From positions 1-64,000 of the forward strand of contig JAPEUI010000087.1 in assembly GCA_026025075.1 (NCBI GenBank): 64,000 nt of DNA. Reading direction: 5' to 3'. The notes under the pieces are model-generated. The model ran no database searches, was not told where the DNA came from, and saw nothing but the letters and a program-made list of their open reading frames with translations. Below, piece after piece: positions 12,165 through 26,459 of this stretch (position 1 is its first letter; every line of letters begins with the position of its first letter). The stretch comes from Vezdaea acicularis (taxonomy: Eukaryota). Made by a program: the position numbers and the translations under genes.

Positions 12165-14278
12165 TCAAAATCCAGCCTTGCGGGAGTACCAAACGCCCGC
12201 ACTCTCCGGCTTACCCCACGGAAGGACAAACACAGGGTGTACCATTGCAACCCGATCTCGCTCGTGAAAGATTTGTTTTGTCTGTTGACCTTGTCCTCCA
12301 GCCTTCATTTCACCTTTGAACCCAGCCCAGCAGAACGCCGCGGGAAGCGGGAGGGCGAGAGGTGCTTTTTCCATCGCTTCAGATGACTCGTTTTTCGGGC
12401 CTAAGTCAGACGCTGGATCGGTGACACCATCCCACCAAAGAACGTAGTTGGTATCCGAAAAATAATACGTGTGTTGTATTGAACTCAGTCCGGCCAAGAC
12501 ATAGCCAGAATGATATGCGTCGGGATGCCTTGAATCGGTCAGCAGGCGTCGTCCGAATTAGTTGGATGAACTCACTTGCTTGGTTTGTCCCTCAGACCCC
12601 CTGTAGGCTCTTGACAGCAGGATAGCAAATAGCGTAGTACGGCTTCACGATTATGCAAGCTCCCGGTGAGCGTGCCCAACCCTGCAAATGACATTTTTTG
12701 GACCCCGTTAAGCGCTGCCTCTATCAACGGCCAACATCCGCCGACCCACCAGGAGTAACATCCATCAACCAATTTGTTCGTTCGACCGGAGAAACCTCCT
12801 TCGGGACCGTACTGCCTTGCAGATAACCAATTGATAAGGAGTGGCAGATTGAGATACCTATTTCCGAATCGAGCATTCGTTATCTCTGCTTGCCTGGTGC
12901 TGGACCGTGAGGAAGTCATGGAGGCTTACCTTGGCAAGATCTCATGTGGGCTTCCCATCAAGCAGAGCGTTGCAAGTGCACAGAACGCATAGCCACCATG
13001 TGCTTCAGTCCCTGGCGAGCTGGATATTCCGCCTTCATATGATTGACCTGATGGTGAATGAATAGTCAGCAGGCTATCATATATTCAGAAACACGAGGTA
13101 CGACACACATCTTGAAAGATATTCTGGTAGCCCCGTAAGGAAAGTGTCATCGTCATTTTTCCTTGCGGGCGAATCAGGAGGCAATTCGAGTGGAAGTCCT
13201 AAAAGTGTGATTATAACCATCGCGCAATAAGCGCCCCTGAAGCAATTAGCAACTTTAAGTAGGGGATGCATATGATTTCAGCGTACCTGACGTCTTCTTC
13301 GCCATCCACGGAAAGGGCAAACCCTCCATCAGGCTGCTTCAGCCAACCAAGCCAGGTCCACCTATACACATAATCAGATGATATCCGCATGAGCTTCATC
13401 TATTGTCCTCACATGGATTTTCTGTTTACTAAGCTTAGAGCTTCGTCGCCTCCAACCATTACCAAAGCCAAAATGGCTGCGTAGCTTGCTGCGCAATGGG
13501 AAAGGTGACCGCTGCCAGCACCAAAGCCTCCACTCGAATTTTGCATTGGCGTCAAGGTTGATATGACACTAACGGAAGACTCGTTATTAGCTTTAGCGTA
13601 TAGGGGTACATGAACCATATATCAGATAAATCAATTATATAAAGTCGTCCGAAAAAGGGTAGATTGAGTGATGACCTACCGCTCTGTATATGGTGAAATA
13701 TCCTCTCCTAAGATGCTCAAACCCAACAAACACCAATAGAGAAACCAAGGGCGACTGGCGTCCGCAGATACAGCTCCAGGCGGAAGCCTGCCCAGCCATT
13801 TGTGCAAGAATGCAATATGCTCCGCTCTCAGAAGGCTCGGCACACCATCTTCGAACGGGACTCCTTTCCTGCCCTCCTCGGTTAATCCAGTCATCCACGG
13901 AAGCACCTCTAAAACAGTTTTGTCTTGCTCCTCCGACGTGTTAGTCTGCAGAAAGTCACGGATTTTTGGAAATTCCGTCAAATAGAAGGGAAGAGCAGCA
14001 GCTTGATATGCTGTCGCCACGTGATGGGGGTTGAAGGCACCCATGTCTTCAACGTCTTCCACGTCATCGACGTCTTCGAGGTTCTCGAAGTCTGCTTGTT
14101 CGTGACCTGGTATCGGGTCTAGATAGGGCTGAGACCCAACCGACAATATTGCATCAAATCGCGAGGATGGACTTTGAACAGGATGACTTCGTAGCCGGCC
14201 AGGAGAGTCAGATCGGCTCCTATGGGACATCGCAACGACCGCGTGCCGAGGATGACGCTTTTTGATGACGAAGGGCAT
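12165..14278 (-). CDS. RAM1: Protein farnesyltransferase beta subunit
   Basis: Motifs DASRPWFLYW, GGFGAGSGHLSHCAASYAA, GEEDVRGAY, EAHGGYAFC, GRTNKLVDGCYSWW and GGLRDKPSKHPDAYHS across several exons. Confidence 0.95.
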
Positions 14279-16549
14279 GAAAGAGATACCTTTGATTGTC
14301 TCTGATCACAATCGTCGGTTGATTCACAAGGCTGCTAATATTGTTCCTCTCATTTCTTTGTTCTGAGTGTAGCCAAGGCTCGTTGCATTCACGCACTCAT
14401 CGCTACCGGCCTACGCGGTCATAATGGAGAACTAGCCCTGGGTCGATTCGGAGTCCATCCTGTAGTCGTAACCAGCACTGACGATAAAACGACCAGTGGC
14501 ACTTCTGCGATCTCCAAGTTCCATGATCGCTAAACGCAACGTTTTGATCTCTCGCGCTACCTTAGGTCGTTCAACAACCTCTTTCAGTCCAAAGTAGTAA
14601 CAAGCCTCAAGGCCATAGCTTTGTTTGTATAAGATCGATTTCGATCGAGTTCTATAGTGAAATTTATTTTCATAGCTGTCGCTAATTTGCTTATTTCTCA
14701 CGTATTCAGTCACTTTCGTGGGATTCGTCCTGTTCATCAGAACGTCGCGAAGCGAGCTCGCAAGTCACTGATACCGAGAACGTGCTCGGGTCTTTATTCC
14801 TCAAAGCGTCTAGGGCTCTTTATCTGTGTAACACCGAACTTGCAGCATCAAAAGCTACCAGTTCGTGTTCCGAACAGCTTCATGCGAGACAGTGGTCACT
14901 CTCTCTTCCCACCTTACTTTGAGATTTAAATTGGTCTAAAGAGCGCATTTGTTAGGGGGGTTCAATGTCTCGCGACTGGGGTTTCCAAACATGGGTAAGC
15001 GGCACGGATACGTCCCTCAGAGAAAGGCATGATATTGGCGATCCCCCGATCTGGATAATTGAGATTGTGAGTCCACGCTGATCTGGCACCTAGGGAACTC
15101 CTGAGAAGCCGCAATCGAGGCCGGGAATATAGCCAAGAGTCCCCAGCACCATACTCAGCAATAAAATTCTTCCTGCCATCATGGAGCAGGTCCTGGGCCA
15201 CTTGAGTGTTTCGAGATGGTCCCTTGCTTTCGCCCGAGGACTTATCGCTCCGTCCATGCCGTGACCAGGGTCCGTCTGGCATGGCAGCTGTGGCTCAACA
15301 CCACACGAGAAAGGATTGGCATCGACGTCGCGCACCTCTCGGTAGTCCCTCCTCGCCGTCCCTTCGCTTCCTCCACGCCGTCCGCTTTGCATTGGCCTCC
15401 TGAGCGCCTCCGTCTCACTCGCTCAAGCTGGCACGCCCATCTCTTCCTCGATACGGCCAGGCCCCAGTGACTTGCCGCGGACCGATACGCGATCAAGGCC
15501 GTGGATGCAACGCGCAGGGGCCGAACCGCGCCCGCCACGCTCTCGATTCACAACGTGGGGCATGCCCTAAGCCGCACTGGTGTTTTCGCGGAGCGTCCTC
15601 AACGGCGCTCTGCGACGCTCGGGTGAGGGCCAAGGGCGTCAGGGCGCAAGGGCTCAGGAGGCGTCCGTACGTGTCGAGGGCGATGGAAGGATTGAGCGCC
15701 GGGCTTCACGCGGAGTGGGTCTCCAGGGCCGTCGCGGCGAATTCCTCCATGCGTTGCTCTCGTCATGCAGGCAGAGAAGTCGACGATTGCATGGCGCCGG
15801 TGCTGAGGTGCATTCGGCCCAATGGACAGGGCAGGGCTGATTGGCCGCTCGCCCTGCGCGCACCTTGCCCCCGCCCCAGCTCGGGCCTAGCGGCTCTCGT
15901 ATCGATTAGGAGCGAGGTTGGACTGGCCGAGGGGGAAGGGTTCGGCCCTCGTCCGTGACCTGTTAGGCGAAGGCCGTGGCCGGCGGACGACGACTGGACG
16001 ACGTCGCTAGGCGAGGACAAGGGTGGGCTAGGGCGGCGGGTGATCGATCTCTGTCTGGCTGCTCCATCCGAGGCGACACGCCGTTGGCCCGCTCGGGCTG
16101 GCTCGGGCTGGCTCCGCCGGTGGCTGCTGCGCTCTGACGGGCTCTTGGCCTCTTGCGGGCGCACGTCGGAGCGGTGTAGTTGGCCGGACTGGAGCCCGCA
16201 GCGGATCCCGTCGTTGCGCATTCGCCGGCTCGTCGTTCGTCCCTCGTCGCCGCTTGTCGTCGCTTCGTCGCTGGTCGCTCGTCGTGGATCGCCCGTCGTC
16301 GCCCGCCTCTCCCTGCCCCCTCCTTCACACGCTTCACGCTTCACCCTCCGCCCGCACGCCCTCACGCCTTTCTCCCCACACCACTACCCCCCTCTCCTCC
16401 AAAAGCAGCCCACACCGACTCTTTTTCCCCCCGTCACCACTGGCGCCAGAAATGGGCCCGCCGTAGACACCGCTCTTTTGCCCTTTCGAACCTCCTTCGT
16501 GATCCAGCCGTACGTAACAACATCACCGTCACTGTCTCAATCATAAACA

Positions 16550-18945
16550 ATGGCCGACTTCAACTTCGTCGGTGATGGTCTCATCGACGTCGCCTTCGAC
16601 CCACGCCAGCATCAGCACCAGCATCAGCATCAGCACCAGCACCAGCCGCTGTCGTATCCATCACGAGCCTCGTGGCCATTGCCTCTCGACCAGCAGTCCG
16701 ACATGGCTTACTCCTCAGGCAACCTTCGACGGACGACGAGCCCCTTGGACTCCACCACCCAGCCGTATCAGACCACGGACACCTCGCCGTCATTGCTGAC
16801 CGACTGGCCTATGCAACATCAAAACTCTCAACTATCCTACTCCCAAGACGCTTCGTCCTTGGGCTCTCAGATCAGCGGCACCTTCGCATCATTCCAAGCC
16901 TCTCCCGTCGACGTCAACTTCATGGCTTCGACCCAACCGCCCATGGATACCAACCTGAACTCGTTCATCTCTCTCCAAGGACAGTCGGACGCTCTGCAGT
17001 GGGGCTGGCAGGATTTCAACCACGATCTGATGGCCTTCGCGAATCATGATGGCCTGCCGTACAGTGGCGGTCTTGGCCAACGAAGTCTGGCGGACAGCTC
17101 ACCCACCGACACCTATCTCGAGGTACGATCGCTCACGAGCTCGAGCAGCGACAACGGATGGGCGAGCGTCGATTATCGACAACAACCGTTCGAGGGTTTC
17201 CAGGAGGCTCCCAACGGTGCCGTCTTCAACCCGGGCCAGACATTGCACATCCGAACCGACTCCGACTCCTCTGGTTCGCACTCCGACTGCACGGCCCACA
17301 CGAGAAATTCCTTCGGCAGTTACGAAGAGATCCCGCATCCGCTGGCGTCACCCGAGTCGGATATTCATCTCGAACTGAACCACAATCACAACTACTATGC
17401 GAGCGTCAGCCCCTCGGCCGTTGTCGAGCCTGTTCTCATAAATACATCAAAGTCACCACAACGGTCACCGGCCGACAGTGCCGGCTCTCCCCCGGGTCGA
17501 CGTCAATCGCGGAAGAGTCCGACCGCGAAATCGACCAAGCCAGTAATCCGGAAACCTCCCCACACGACGCGGAAGGATACCGAGAAGCGGATTGGACGAA
17601 GACGTGGGCCTCTCTTACCGGAGCAAAGGAAGCAGGCCAGCGAGATCAGGAAGTTGAGGGCATGCTTACGCTGCAAGTTCTTGAAGAAGACGGTAAATCC
17701 TTTCTCGCACCGCTCTCAGAAAGGATGTCGCTAACGATCAATCTAGTGCGACAAAGGAGAGCCTTGTGCTGGTTGTCAGCCATCCCATGCGCGTCTGTGG
17801 CAAGTTCCTTGCACACGAATCGACATCAAGGACATTGGCTACTTCATGAAAGACTGGAAGTCGGATTTCGAACGTCACGTGAGCTTAGGATTCTCTGTGG
17901 GCAACATCAAGGGATTCTCCCCAGTCGAGCGTAATCTCTACATAACGCACGGCTACGGCTACGTGTTACCGGTAACCGCCCGTGAAGTGTTCGTTCGTGA
18001 TGAGAAATGCTTCAACATGGACTGGGTAGAATCGGATCATGACACGCCGCTTGACTTTGAGGTCCCTACAGCAAGATTATCAGCAGGTTTGGAAGGCATC
18101 TCCAGCTCCCTCTTATCAGAATATCTTGACCGACACATCGATGGCCGCTTTGAACAATTTGTGGACGAGTACTTTGAAGGTACGCCCTTCTTAACGGAGA
18201 TTCTGAAGACGGCTTTCCGCTATTACCAGCGAGAAAAGCTTCCCGTCCTTCGAAAAGCGCTGAAACTGGTCTTGGCCTACAACATGACGATGCATCTCAC
18301 GATGGTCGAGGGTCTTACCGAGAGCGAAAGACTAGACGGCAAGATTGTCGACGAAGACTCGAAATTTCACGGAAAGACTGTTGCCCCAGTCATGATCAAT
18401 TTCCAAGTCAAGTGCGCGCTGGCAGACATGTGGCGTGAACTGCAGAAGGATATACTGGAGGAGTTGTCATCGCTGTACTCAAGCGTCTACAGCGGAGAGA
18501 AATTGAAGAACTGGCCGACAATCTTCATGCTCGCTGCAATCCTCCTCGCCGTATGGGAGGAGATGCAATTCGACTGCCACTACCGCTCGGCAGACGAAGT
18601 TGCCATTCAAAAATTCTGCAACGATATGGAGACGACCCCCGTTGGCGTCATTGTCGGACTCTTCTCCGCAATCTCACAGAAGCTTCCTGCTTTCAACGAG
18701 TGGGACACCAGCAAGCACCACCACCTTCTGAACTCGAATCCAGCCGTTTGTGACGCTTTGACCGAGGTCAGGGAGCACGTCACGAGATATGGTAGGCCTA
18801 CTCGACACGATTGAACCTTAGACCACTGCTAACTCCCATCACAGAGAAGTACCTCAAATCTCGAAGCGACCCTAAATTTGATCGTAAAGACTTCGACTGT
18901 CTCACGAATAAATTCCTATCTAAACTTGTCATTCGCGCCAACTAG
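16550..18945 (+). CDS. Zn(II)2Cys6 transcription factor with an internal cluster
   Basis: RACLRCKFLKKT|CDKGEPCAGCQPSHARLWQVPC is assembled across intron 17693-17746, with a basic NLS-like stretch just before it. Second intron 18792-18844; stop TAG 18943-18945. Confidence 0.9.
16607..16645 (+). repeat. Coding hexanucleotide microsatellite, (Gln-His)n
   Basis: cagcat/cagcac repeats encode QHQHQHQHQHQHQ. Confidence 0.9.
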
Positions 18946-19809
18946 AGCCCTTTCCGCCACCGAAAGCGGGCGCGACAATTATGATATTTCTGATTCCACG
19001 AACCACGATTGTACATGTATATGATCTTACGGGCATACGCCTACACGACCCCTTTCGTTTTATGTCTTTCGCTCCCTTTCCCCCCCCCGGGATGATACCA
19101 CGTTGCTTTTCTCGGTCGTCTGTATTTATCAAGCGCATTGGGTTTTGGCAGCATCACGGTCAGTTAGACGACTTGTTTTGAGCGCTGACGACGATTACGA
19201 CATGCATTCGGTGTGACTTTATGAGCCCGGGTGGCGCCGGGCAACATGTTTGAAGTTGAGGTGGCTTTTATCCTCCGGACTGGGTGTCCGTGAGACGTAG
19301 CTTAGTATTCGACAGAGTATATGAAGTGCCTGTCATTGCGGCAGGGCCTTTCGATTCATGTCTTAAATACTGACGCCCCTCTGTGAAAATCGATAGATGT
19401 GTAAATGAATGAGCCCAGCTCCCAATGTCAATGCCTTCACTAAAAGCGCAATAACTCAGATTGTTCATGGTCTGCTCTGTCTGTTACTATGGAGTAGACG
19501 GGTGTGGGAGATAATGCCAAACACTAGCCCCGATACCGACTGAAGTCATAATTCCCCTTTCAAATGAGCTGGAATCGTTATCATGACAATGGCCTCCGCG
19601 CCATGAATGTCATAGTAAAGTGATACTAAAGGACGACTGACGCGGTAAGTGTCTGCGTGTGATTGCTAGCCACCAAATGCGAAATGCTTGGCGAGGAGCC
19701 AATTCTGGTACGACGCTCCTGTCGTCATCAGACGATAAGATTTCAAATCGCGCCGAAAGCAGAGATTCAGACCCCAGACCTTGAGTTATCCCAGAGCCAA
19801 GAGCAAATC

Positions 19810-19819
19810 GGAAGATTCT
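19810..19819 (+). promoter_or_regulatory. Possible partial heat-shock element upstream of polyubiquitin
   Basis: gGAAgaTTCt (nGAAnnTTCn) lies ~420 bp before the ATG. It has only two units and could be chance. Confidence 0.25.
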
Positions 19820-20229
19820 TCGCTCAATTTGCAGAGGCTGGTGCTCGTGCAGCCTTTTTTTGCCCGGAATTATCGGCTTCTCGCAGCTGGGCTGGGGCGT
19901 GAGTTCTGCCTCCACCATTGCGACTTCTCCAGCCTTCTCGGACCTTCGCCGTTATCGGCTAGGGCCAGGCCACACAGCCATTCACGGAAGCGACACCCCA
20001 TTACTCACCAGCTCCAGGCAGAACACAGCACCTCACGTGGGGTCCTCACACGGCTGCGCCTCTGCCCACTACAAAAGGCCCGACGCCTTCGTAACCGCCT
20101 TCACTTCACTTCTTCCAACAACCACTCTCCACCTCGCCAGTTTCCTTCATCCAAAGACTCGCTGTCGCTCACCTCTCTCGATAACTTCATCCATTCCATT
20201 AAGAAACAACTAATCATTACAACGCAGCC

Positions 20230-21215
<986 letters not shown>

Positions 21216-21602
21216 GTGATCGTCTGTTGCATTTCATGTTTCTAGCGAGGGGGGTAGCATTGCTTGCTGCATCCTAGGATTGGGCTGGAGTTAGTGTAGC
21301 GACCTTTATCCACATATGCATCGCTACAGATCATGTAGATGCCGCATAACCCAATCATTTAAAGTCCTGGGTGACATTTATTCCCATGACTTACATCATG
21401 ATGTGATCTCTTCACCAGTGATTGATACGTTTTGAAAATTCTCACCCAACCGCTCCACGTGTGATTGAATTCCAGAACCTTCACTCGAGCTGCCTAATTC
21501 GACGTTAGAAGACTAAGCCTTTTCGCCACTTTACCATTTAGAGCTGCTTCATCTCCCATCACTTTGATCGTAACGCTTTTATCTTGCGATGCTGTTCCTC
21601 TA

Positions 21603-23856
21603 ATGCCTTCGTTCTTCTTTCACCTTGCCTTTGAGCTTTACAAGCAGCCCGAGAAAGATAAATCGCACTTGCAATCCGCTACGCCAGGCGTTTTCGTGCC
21701 ATCAATAGGAACAGACATCTTTCGAACAGCCTTGCCATCCCATCGTTACCCAGTCTATCCGGACGATACGATAAGCAAGCGGACACACCGAAGAAATAGA
21801 ACCATTACCATCGGGCACACAGACCAAGATATCTACGGCCCACTAGTAGCTGATAAGAGAGTCTCAAAACGAAGAGCTAGCAAGGGAGGGTTCGACGATA
21901 GCCCTTCCGAACGATTTGATGTCCCCTTCACGCGAGATCTGTTCGAGAAGTCCGAGTTGAAGTCAATACCTCATAACACGAGCGCCGCACGAGACTGGCG
22001 GTTCGAACGAGTAGCTATCGAAAGCATCAACATGGCTGCAGTACTTACATCTTCAGACGATAAGCCGACCGGGGGGTCTATAAGCAACTCGTATGGGGCA
22101 GGGCTCGCCACCAAGGGCAAATTTGTCCCATCGGATCCAAAGTACACTGAGCTCGGATGGGGCATAGTTCATCTCTACCGGGATGCAGAAGAGACGCCTG
22201 GCCTCTACGATGACAGTGGTGATAGCTCTAGTGGAGCTTCGGACATGGGGGCACCGGCCGTAAAGCTGCCAACAGCAACCAACAAAGAGTGGAAAGAGGA
22301 GGATTGCTCCACACTCTGCATTCTTGCAGTGCCGTCATACCTCACGTCCTCGGACTTTCTTGGGTTTGTCGGCGAGAAGACCAGGGAGGATGTTAGTCAT
22401 TTCCGGATGATCAGGACTGGGAGAATCAACAGGTACATGGTGCTGATGAAGTTTCGTAGCGCAAAGAGGGCGAGGGAATGGAGAAAGGAATGGAATGGAA
22501 AGGCATTCAATAGTACAGAGGTATGCCTTCACCCAAAACGCACGATATACAGGATGCTAATCTTTACCAGCCAGAGAATTGTCACGTCGTCTTTGTCAAG
22601 TCCGTTCAATTTCAGACACCAAACTCGGATCAAGATCAGTCAAGCTTTCCGGATATCACGCACGATCCATTTGTTGCACGGCCGGAAGACACAACGGCTA
22701 TGAAGGGATCTGGTGGGGTTGCTTCCTTGTCTGTTGCACCCACATCCTTCTCCACAAAGCCTCTCGCGCCACCAACTCCTTCTCTGGTAGAGCTACCAAC
22801 GTGTCCCGTGTGTTTGGAAAGAATGGACGAGACCACAGGCCTTCTGACCATACTATGTCAGCACGTTTTCCATTGCGCATGCTTGCAGAAATGGCGTGGT
22901 AGTGGGTGCCCCGTCTGTCGGTTCACGCAAGCGGACGGCGTTGGGAAGTATAGCGGCCCCGACATGGACAAGCTATCTGACAGCATCTGCAGCATCTGCG
23001 CTGCAGATCAAAACCTTTGGATGTGGTGAGTGCAGGTGTTGGATACTCGTGCAGAATTTAAGGCTAACGCAATCACAGCTTGATATGTGGCAACGTGGGC
23101 TGCGGTCGATACGACGAGGCCCATGCATTTTCACATTATCAGGAGACCAAGCACTGTTACGCTATGGACATTGCCACACAGCGCGTGTGGGATTATGCGG
23201 GAGACGGATATGTTCATCGCCTGATTCAGAGTGGGACTGACAGCAAGCTTGTCGAGCTGCCGTCAGGTCTACACGTTAGACCACACGACGACGTAGTTCC
23301 GCGAGAGAAGCTGGACAACATCGGGATGGAATATACTCATCTCTTGACGTCGCAGCTCGACTCCCAGCGAATGTATTTTGAAGAGAAAGTCGCACAAGCT
23401 GCAGATAAATCGTCCCAAGCGTCCGAATCGGCCGATAGGGCGAGCCAAGCAGCCACGCAAGCCATGCAGGCCCTCGAAGTGCTCCAGCTTTCCCACAACG
23501 TCCTTGTGCATGAGACCCTGCCTTCGCTTGAGCGCGATAAGGAACGAGCGGAGAGGCGCGCGGACAAGTTCTCGGAGATGGCACGTAAGATGGAGAGGGA
23601 GTGGAGGGAGGAGAAGGCGATGAACGGCAATCTGATGGAGAAGGTCACGAAGCTGGAAGAGGAGGTCGTCGCACTCAAAGCGGAGCGCGACGATCTGGCG
23701 GAGCAGAATCGAGATCTTAGCTTCTTCATCACCGGTGGCGAGCGGCTCCGGGAAGCAGGGGTGGGGGAGGATATCGTGGAGGGGACGGTCAGCGTTCCTG
23801 ACCCGCCGGCGGATAGCAAGGGCAAGAAGAAGGGGAAGGGGAAGGCGAAGAAGTGA
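21603..23856 (+). CDS. ETP1: BRAP2/ETP1-family RING and ZnF-UBP E3 ubiquitin ligase
   Basis: BRAP2 domain (LCILAVPSYLTSSDFLGFVG), RING ELPTCPVCLERMD...CQHVFHCACL...CPVCR, ZnF-UBP CLICGNVGCGRYDEAHAFSHY and a C-terminal coiled coil. Introns 22521-22570 and 23026-23078. Confidence 0.95.
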
Positions 23857-24773
23857 AGGGGGGTGGGTTCTGGGACGCAACTGCATTACGGACTTTTGGC
23901 GTTGGACGATACCCCAAGGCCTCGGTATGGGAATGGATCTGGCTATGGATCTGGCTATGAGGGCGTTGGAATGTTCTTGTATCTGACGTGCAGATGTTGG
24001 AAGTCTGATCCTTCTGAGCGAGACGGTCGTCATTCCGGTCATCTTTACGAAGTACGCCCTCATCGTGCACCATGCTTCTGCAATACAATCCAACTTCGCC
24101 CAACATCACCAGGAGGCTGCAAGAGACGTCGGGCACACCATGTCTCTCGATCTGCTCGAAGCGACGTTGCGGTTCACGAGGTTCATGCCCGCGGGGTCGA
24201 GGCGCACCGGGATAAGCGCGAGCACGTTGCGTGATTGGCCATGGGCAATGACACTATCCATGCTCGCGACCCACACGGGCGCTTAAAATGGCAGCGGGAC
24301 CTGCGACGGCGGCCGCAGCTGGAAGCGAGAGGAATTGGGAACATTGACGGCCCGCGACGCTGCGAATCACGACCCACGACTTGTCGCCCTCTGCATCCGC
24401 GAGATCCATGCCTTGCCCCTTCGAGGCACCGCCGCTCATTGATTCGTGCTCGATTCGCAACCGCACACACTTGCAGATACCAATTGACGAACATGGCACA
24501 CCGCCGTCACACCGCGCCCGATGCTGGCACTGGCCGCCGCTGTGCAGATGGCGCACCCCTCATAAGCCCAGAAGCCGACCACCTCTTCGATTCCCATATC
24601 ACCTCGTGCCGTCTTGACCGGAGCTAATCCGTTCTGTACACCACCTGCCCAAGGACCGGTCCGTTCATAAGCCTCTGATGCCGCTGATACTTTCATCCAC
24701 CTCTCCATCACTATCGATGTGATCGAAGGGCATCATCTACGGGGGACGTGTACAGCCCAGCGCAACAATCGCC

Positions 24774-26459
24774 ATGTCCATGACAACGACGAGAGCCTAC
24801 CCTCTCGCCATCTTGGCGACGGCCGTCTGGCTCCTCACCACCGTCTCCGCTCAGGCCAACTCCAGCGATCCCCTCAACATCGATTGGGATCCAGCGCCGG
24901 GCCCTGCGGACGGTCCACCGTTCTCCGCGCACGCCTCGCGGAACCACGCTCTGATTCCGTATCAGATCCTCGGCATCGGTGGCGCCTGGCTCTTCTGCAC
25001 GCTCACCCTCGCCCTCTTCCTCTTCACATTCGGCCAGCGTCTGCGGCACAACGCGCAGAGGGGCACGACAGCGCTCGACGTCGAGATGGTGAAGCCGATC
25101 GGGTCCGCGAAGAGCAACGCCGCCTCTCCAGAGTCGAAAGCGAGCATAACGTGGCCGTCGCCGGTCTCGGCGCCAAACTTCTCCTACCCGTCGCCGACAA
25201 AGCCGGGCTTCGGTGTGAATGGGAGCGTCGACTTGACTGTGGCGGAGATGGATGCCCTGCGCCGACAACAGGACATGGAGCGCATGTATGCGGCGGTCTA
25301 TGAGGAGGAAGAGAAGAACAGCTCGACCAACTCTGTCAGCGCTTCCCCACCACCAGGAGCACCCCGTCTCAACATCCCCACTCGCCCAACCGGCCCCATG
25401 CCCTCACCCCTCCCGATGCTTGTCAACGCAAACAGGGGCTTCAAGGCACCGCCGCTCTCCCACTCCCGCAAATCCTCCGCCTCTTCACTCGCCTCAAAGC
25501 GCAAGGGCAGCATCCGCGGCCTCACCATCTCTTCTCCCCTCCACACGCCCACCCACTCAATCTACAGCCACATCTCAGACGACGAGCCCCTCTCCCCGCG
25601 CTACGAACCACACCCACCACCTCTGCCTCCTGTCGACCAAGCCCAGCCCACACGACAAGCGCAGCAGTCGCAGCTGCAGCAGTCGCAGCCGCAGCCGCAG
25701 CAGCAGCAGCAGCAGCAACAACAACAACAACCACAGCTACAGCCACAGCAGCCAGCCCCTGCCTACACCTACACGACGACCTACCCACCTCCTTCGGGCG
25801 CGCGCTCTCCAACTTACACCCACGGTCTCCCCTCCGGCGGGCTTTCCCCAACCTACAACCATGGCCTCCCCTCCGGCGGGCTTTCCCCAACCTACAACCA
25901 TGGCCTCCCCTCCGGCGGACGTTCCCCAACCTACAACCACGGTCTCCCCTCCGGCGGACGCTCCCCGACCTACAACTACGGGCTCCCCTCCGGCGGACGC
26001 TCCCCAACCTACAACTACGGGCTCCCCTCCGGCGGGCGCTCCCCAACCTACACGCACGGCCTCCCCTCCGCAGGCCTCTCCCCGTCCTACCTCCCGCCCT
26101 CCCCCCGCCCCGTCCGCGACGGCATCTCCATCGACCAACAACTCCACCAAGGAGGCCTCGGCAGCGGCCCCTCTCTCGGCTCCCTCCCCCTCCGCTCCCC
26201 CACCGGCCTCTCCCAAACAAGCCACTCCACCAAAGTCACCGTGCTCGAGCGCAACCATCGCGCTGGCCTGCTCAGCCCCAATACCCCCCGTACCGGCGCC
26301 CTCCCTCCCACACCGTGGACCGGCTATGTCCCCGAAACCCCCATCACGCCCATCACCCCGCGCCTCGTCACGCGCCGAGAGCGCAAGCAGCGCGAACGGG
26401 AGGGTGGCAGAGAGGTTGTGAGAGAGACCGTCAAGGAGGAAGATGAGGTCTGGAATTAG
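24774..26459 (+). CDS. Hypothetical single-pass membrane protein with a Pro/Ser-rich tail, polyQ and 13-aa repeats
   Basis: 561-aa ORF with a signal-peptide-like N-terminus, TM segment ILGIGGAWLFCTLTLALFLFTFG and a low-complexity tail. Confidence 0.85.
   Translation: MSMTTTRAYPLAILATAVWLLTTVSAQANSSDPLNIDWDPAPGPADGPPFSAHASRNHALIPYQILGIGGAWLFCTLTLALFLFTFGQRLRHNAQRGTTALDVEMVKPIGSAKSNAASPESKASITWPSPVSAPNFSYPSPTKPGFGVNGSVDLTVAEMDALRRQQDMERMYAAVYEEEEKNSSTNSVSASPPPGAPRLNIPTRPTGPMPSPLPMLVNANRGFKAPPLSHSRKSSASSLASKRKGSIRGLTISSPLHTPTHSIYSHISDDEPLSPRYEPHPPPLPPVDQAQPTRQAQQSQLQQSQPQPQQQQQQQQQQQPQLQPQQPAPAYTYTTTYPPPSGARSPTYTHGLPSGGLSPTYNHGLPSGGLSPTYNHGLPSGGRSPTYNHGLPSGGRSPTYNYGLPSGGRSPTYNYGLPSGGRSPTYTHGLPSAGLSPSYLPPSPRPVRDGISIDQQLHQGGLGSGPSLGSLPLRSPTGLSQTSHSTKVTVLERNHRAGLLSPNTPRTGALPPTPWTGYVPETPITPITPRLVTRRERKQREREGGREVVRETVKEEDEVWN
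25663..25752 (+). repeat. CAG/CAA polyglutamine tract
   Basis: cagcagcagcagcagcaacaacaacaacaa within a Q/P-rich stretch. Confidence 0.9.
25803..26090 (+). repeat. Coding minisatellite, 39 bp x 7 plus a partial copy
   Basis: The unit encodes (R/L)SPTY(N/T)(H/Y)GLPS(G/A)G. Confidence 0.95.

Noticed and set aside
25803..26090. Regular repeat array as a possible CRISPR
   Set aside because: It has no unique spacers and is an in-frame coding minisatellite in a eukaryote.
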